From contig JBHGNT010000010.1 in NCBI GenBank assembly GCA_043228905.1, forward strand, positions 11,656,001-11,720,000: a DNA stretch of 64,000 bases, given 5' to 3'. Source of the DNA: Azolla caroliniana (Eukaryota > Plantae > Polypodiophyta). The translations under genes were made by a program, and so were the position numbers. This document shows, one piece after another, positions 59,801 to 64,000 of the stretch. The number at the start of each line of letters is the position of its first letter. Within the stretch, counting starts at the first letter, position 1. The notes beneath the pieces were generated by a model, which had not been told where the DNA came from, did not search any database, and saw only the letters and a list, made by a program, of their open reading frames with translations.

Positions 59801-62316
59801 TGTGAGTCTACATAGGGTGTTAATGCTTGCAAAATATCTACCTCAAATAGAGGGATGATTTTCTGATTATCATTGAAATACTGACTTTCTTCTTCCTCGT
59901 CCAATCCTTCCATCATATTAACTGCTTCTGCATGTACAGGTAAACTCTGTTTGCTTGTTGTCACTTTGTTGTGCGTCGGAATCCTGACCTTAGTTTTTCC
60001 TTTCCTAAATGTTAGCACATTTTGTTTCCAATTTTGTTTGATATTAGCTATCTTTAACCATGGTCTCCCCAATAACAAGGGGTATGCTCCCTGTGTTTCT
60101 AACTGCAAAATTACTGCCGAAATCTGAAAACTGTGTCCCCCGATTATTACATCCAGTTGTCGAAGCAAACCAATCGGTCGTACCATACTTGTATCTGCCA
60201 TTCGTAACCAAAACGGACATGCTTCCCATTCCGTGATTCCTAGTTTTTCACATGTAGCTTTGTTAATCACATTAACTCCCGAGCCTCCATCTATAATCAC
60301 ATTTCCGATTTCTTGCCCGTCAAGTATTACCTTAATCGACGGATTCTGTTCATCCATGATCGAAGGGTTATTACTTGGCTGATTGTAGTGTACTGCTATT
60401 TGTTCGGAACCTTTATATGCAATTAATTCTGCCACTTTTTCTGTAAACCTTGGTACTAACTTAAGTAAGCCCGTAAGTGGCAATGACACTTGGCAATCAG
60501 CCAACAGTTTCCAAGTTTCTTCCTGTTCCTTATTCCCCAATGACTGTTGTACAGCGATGTTCTGGTCAATGTTATTGTCTTGTAACATTCGATTCACATT
60601 ACTTTGATTTGCTTCGTCAACCCATTCTTTTGCCGCCTTCCGAACTTCTTCCTGAATTTCCCACTCTGATTGTTTGCTTTTGCTGCGTGTCGTTACTTGC
60701 TGAACTTCCGGTATTACCATATTAATTGCTGGACCCTTTCCTTTAACCGGACATTGATTAGCATAATGGCCTAGTTGTCGACAAATATAACAAGTGGGTA
60801 CAAATGTTCCACCGGTCTCTCCATGTGCAAATTGGCCGTTATTAAATTGCTGCTCTTCATTACCACTCGGGTTTTGTTGGTATTGACGTGTAGCTTTTGG
60901 TTTGTAAAATCTCTTATTTTTATACCGATTCTGCCTAAATTGTTCGGTATTATCATTTGGTTGTGCTACATTTTGTGTTATCCCGAACTCCTGATTTGGC
61001 GGAAAATTATTCTGTTGAAACATTTGATTATTTTGTGGAACGGTTTGAGTATTATGTTGAAAGGTCATATTACCCGGTTGAAATGCCGGATTTGGTTGAA
61101 ATGTAGAATTCGGTTGCACATTCAGACAGTTCTGTTGAAACCCTTGAAATGGTGGGTTACCTTGTTGGAAACTTTGATTATTTTGTTGAAAATATTGATC
61201 CGGATTCTGTACGAATGGTGGGTTGGATTGAGCAAAACCTGGTTGAAATGCTTGAGTCACTTGAGTGGGTTGCATATTTTGTTGTGAAAAGATCTGATTT
61301 GGCTGTAAAACCGGATTTTGTTGTACATTTTGCTGATTTTGTGAAAAATTATTATTTTGATAACCATTGAACAGATTAGTGTTATTTTGGTAACCATTGT
61401 CAGTAAAAATTTGTCGTACTGACGCCGTAGTTTTATTAAGCAGATTATATTCACATTGTTCTACTGAATGTAATTTTGAATGACATATTGTACAATGTGT
61501 TCTTAACGTACATTCAATTGCCGAATGCCCCGTATTTAAACAAGTGGTGCATTGAACTGCTTGTCGAAATTGTAACTCCTCTATTGTTGGTAATGTATGG
61601 TGTAATGCCGACATGTCCATACTCTGAACATTGACCGGTGGTCGACCCATTTCTATTGCTTTATCAATTACTTGTTCGATAGTCTGATTTCGAAAATCGA
61701 ACACTTTCAATGTCGTCCTTAATGGTTCTTTTACAGCTTCTAGAAAGACTTCTTTTAATTCATTATCCGGAATCGGCCTTGAAATCTGAAGCTGTAAGTT
61801 CTGAAATCGTATCACAAACTGAGATATTGTTTCATTTTTTTCTTGATATAACGCATAAAATTGCGCAATCAAATCCTTCTGCGGAATTTGTTGATGAAAT
61901 AATTGTAAAAATTTACTAGTTAACACTTCAAAGGATGGAAATCCTTGAAGACCGTTCTGCGCAAACCAATTGGCGGAATATATGTCTAATGATAAGACGA
62001 ACTCAGCGATTTTTGACTTATCTTCGGCATCTGCCGACAATCGCTGAGCTCCATGGTTAATCTCCCATGTCGTTAAGAAATCCCTAACATGTGCTTCCGC
62101 ATCTGTTCCAAATGTCCCAAATGTCGTCCCAAATGTCGTAAAACGATACCTCTTCCGTCTGTTTTTCGTCTGAAGGTAATTGATCGGATAAGTCAGGAAG
62201 TTTCGACCACTTTGTGCTTGATTCCGACTGTTCTTGCGCAATGAACGCTTCCTACACTGCCTTCGTAATTGACCTTGTACGAGGGCGCTTACAACTGACC
62301 GGTGTCTCCTCTTCAT
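56848..62316 (-). CDS. gag-pol: gag-pol of B, one frame with a single TAG at 59146-59148
   Basis: Zinc knuckles, IIDGGSGVN protease, FLDDF RT, VDASD RNase H, HHCC and DDE integrase; FVTE*GVF implies TGG>TAG. Confidence 0.93.
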
Positions 62317-62842
62317 ACGACATCCATTCGATTTGTTCTCTGCTTAATTGCAGATGTAACCGGGCGTGCCAAATTTCTTCTGTGTTAATCGGCTAATTAC
62401 TAACTACTACCGATACAGAAGAGTGAACGTCGCTACTCAACGTTCTAACAAGGAATTGTGTTTTACGAACGGAATTATACTATATTAATCGGTAATTACC
62501 GTGATCGTTACTTAGTTATAAATTAGGAAGCTTGCACTTAACAACATAGACAATAGAAAGGACACAGAATCCGTACATGATATTCCTAACTTAAACTTAT
62601 ATTACTAAATAAACGACCTTTCTTACAATGCCTTCGGTTCCCTTTTATAGGTATACCGAAGGTCTTTCTCATCAAGAACTATTCCTACTTACTATCAAGA
62701 ATTACAAAATTATCTAACTAACTTAGTTCTCTTCGTTCACTGCTGAGTCATTGATCCGAACAGTCGATCCGAACCGACTCCGTTTTCGACGCTTTCCCAC
62801 TTGTTCGGTAAAACTGACTATCCGGGTCCGGGTAACAAGACA

Positions 62843-63988
62843 ACAATCGAACGAGGAAGAAGAGAAGCCGCAAAAAGCAAAAACGAATGCCATAACGATG
62901 GCAAGAGACGAAATCAATGAAGATATGGTGGACAGCCAGTACACTCGACCTCATTGGGCACGAGCGACAACGGAGACGCTGGTGAAGATTGGGGAGAAGA
63001 AAGAGACCGTGGTAACCTTGATCGACCACGGCTCGGAGATCAACCTCATGTCAACCGACTTCTACAAAAAAGGAAGATGGCCAATCAATACAAACCACGG
63101 ATGGAAGATTCGCGCGGCAACAAAGTCTACGGAGGATTTGTACGGAGCTTGTCCCAATGTCAAAGTCACAATCGGGGATGTGGAGATGGATCAACACTTC
63201 TTCATACAAGAATCGGCGTCGCATCCTGTCATCCTAGGGCAACCTTATATCACATCATCTCGGATGGAGATCAGAGTGTTCGATAATGGAGCAGCCTTCG
63301 CACGAATAAAGAGTCTTGACAACCAAAGATCGGTCCAATTCCTAACGGTGCGAGCCAATCATGAAAGGAATCAAGATAGTCTCGGAGGCGAATCCTTGGA
63401 TTTTTAGAGCGGACTATTGAAGCATGGGGCACAAATAGTCCGAGTTTTCACAAGACCCCACAAGAAAGAAGAGTGCGTGGATTGCAAGGAGAAGCAACAT
63501 GTGTCACACCTAGTGGCGCATGTAAACTAGTACTACCCGATAAGAAGCACAAGCGCCGGATACAAGAATTCGAGAAGATGTTGAAAGAAGAGAACATAAT
63601 AGAAGAAGGAGAGTTTGTGACTCATATTATGGAAGAAGCCTCATTTAACGACACCATCGGCGAAATCGAGGACGTCGTGGACTTGAGCTATCTTCACAAC
63701 CAACGCGTGATTTCGGTTAACTCCGTCAACATGTACGCTATCATCGATGAATACCATCGTGGCATCTCGATGAAGGAAGCTGACATCAACACGAAATATA
63801 AAACGGTGGATAAGAAGATCAAGCCAGTTGCGGTTCCACTACCGGAAGATAGCTGGCAAAAGATGAAGGAAGTCGCTAACGATCCAAGCTTAAGAGATCC
63901 GAAGAAGATAGGTCATGTCTTCACCAAAGAGACGAAGGGGAAGCTACGAGTTGGAAAGGAGGATTTCCTTCTCCCCGAAGAGGACTGA
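62843..63988 (+). pseudogene. pol: Element D aspartic protease and start of downstream pol
   Basis: LIDHGSEINLM, VILGQPY, KYKTVDKKIKPVA; frame continues VKRKR-QQSNE across the B TSD. Confidence 0.8.
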
Positions 63989-64000
63989 ATGTTTCACGAT

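Larger units (their letters stand above)
53483..62837 (-). mobile_element. Young full-length Gypsy element B (non-chromovirus) with extra ORF
   Basis: 455-bp LTRs 53483-53937 and 62383-62837 (about 3 differences by eye), perfect TSD AGACA, PBS TGGCACGCCCGGT at 62371-62359. Confidence 0.96.
50604..64000 (+). mobile_element. tRNA-Trp-primed Gypsy element D, interrupted by B, runs off window
   Basis: 5' LTR 50604-51782 (TGTCG...CGACA), PBS TGGTGAACCCGACGTGAA at 51791-51808, gag 51844-53482, protease after 62843. Confidence 0.88.

Overview
Plant-like eukaryotic transposon-rich region with no recognisable host gene; a non-seed land plant is likely (inference). The window is a deep nest of Ty1/Copia and Ty3/Gypsy LTR elements, a LINE, solo LTRs and three TIR DNA elements, most with readable target-site duplications (TSDs). 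Highlight: a 9.2-kb Sola-like TIR transposon (37230-46451, 36-bp TIRs, ACAT TSD). It carries a transposase and, divergently, a six-exon ~973-aa gene fusing a ParB/Srx-like domain to a prokaryotic-type beta-class N6A/N4C DNA methyltransferase, with nine 25-bp palindromes at 51-bp spacing in intron 1. Second highlight: two related Gypsy elements have a copy of the tRNA 3' end where the polypurine tract (PPT) should be. All family calls come from reading motifs by eye; no searches were run.
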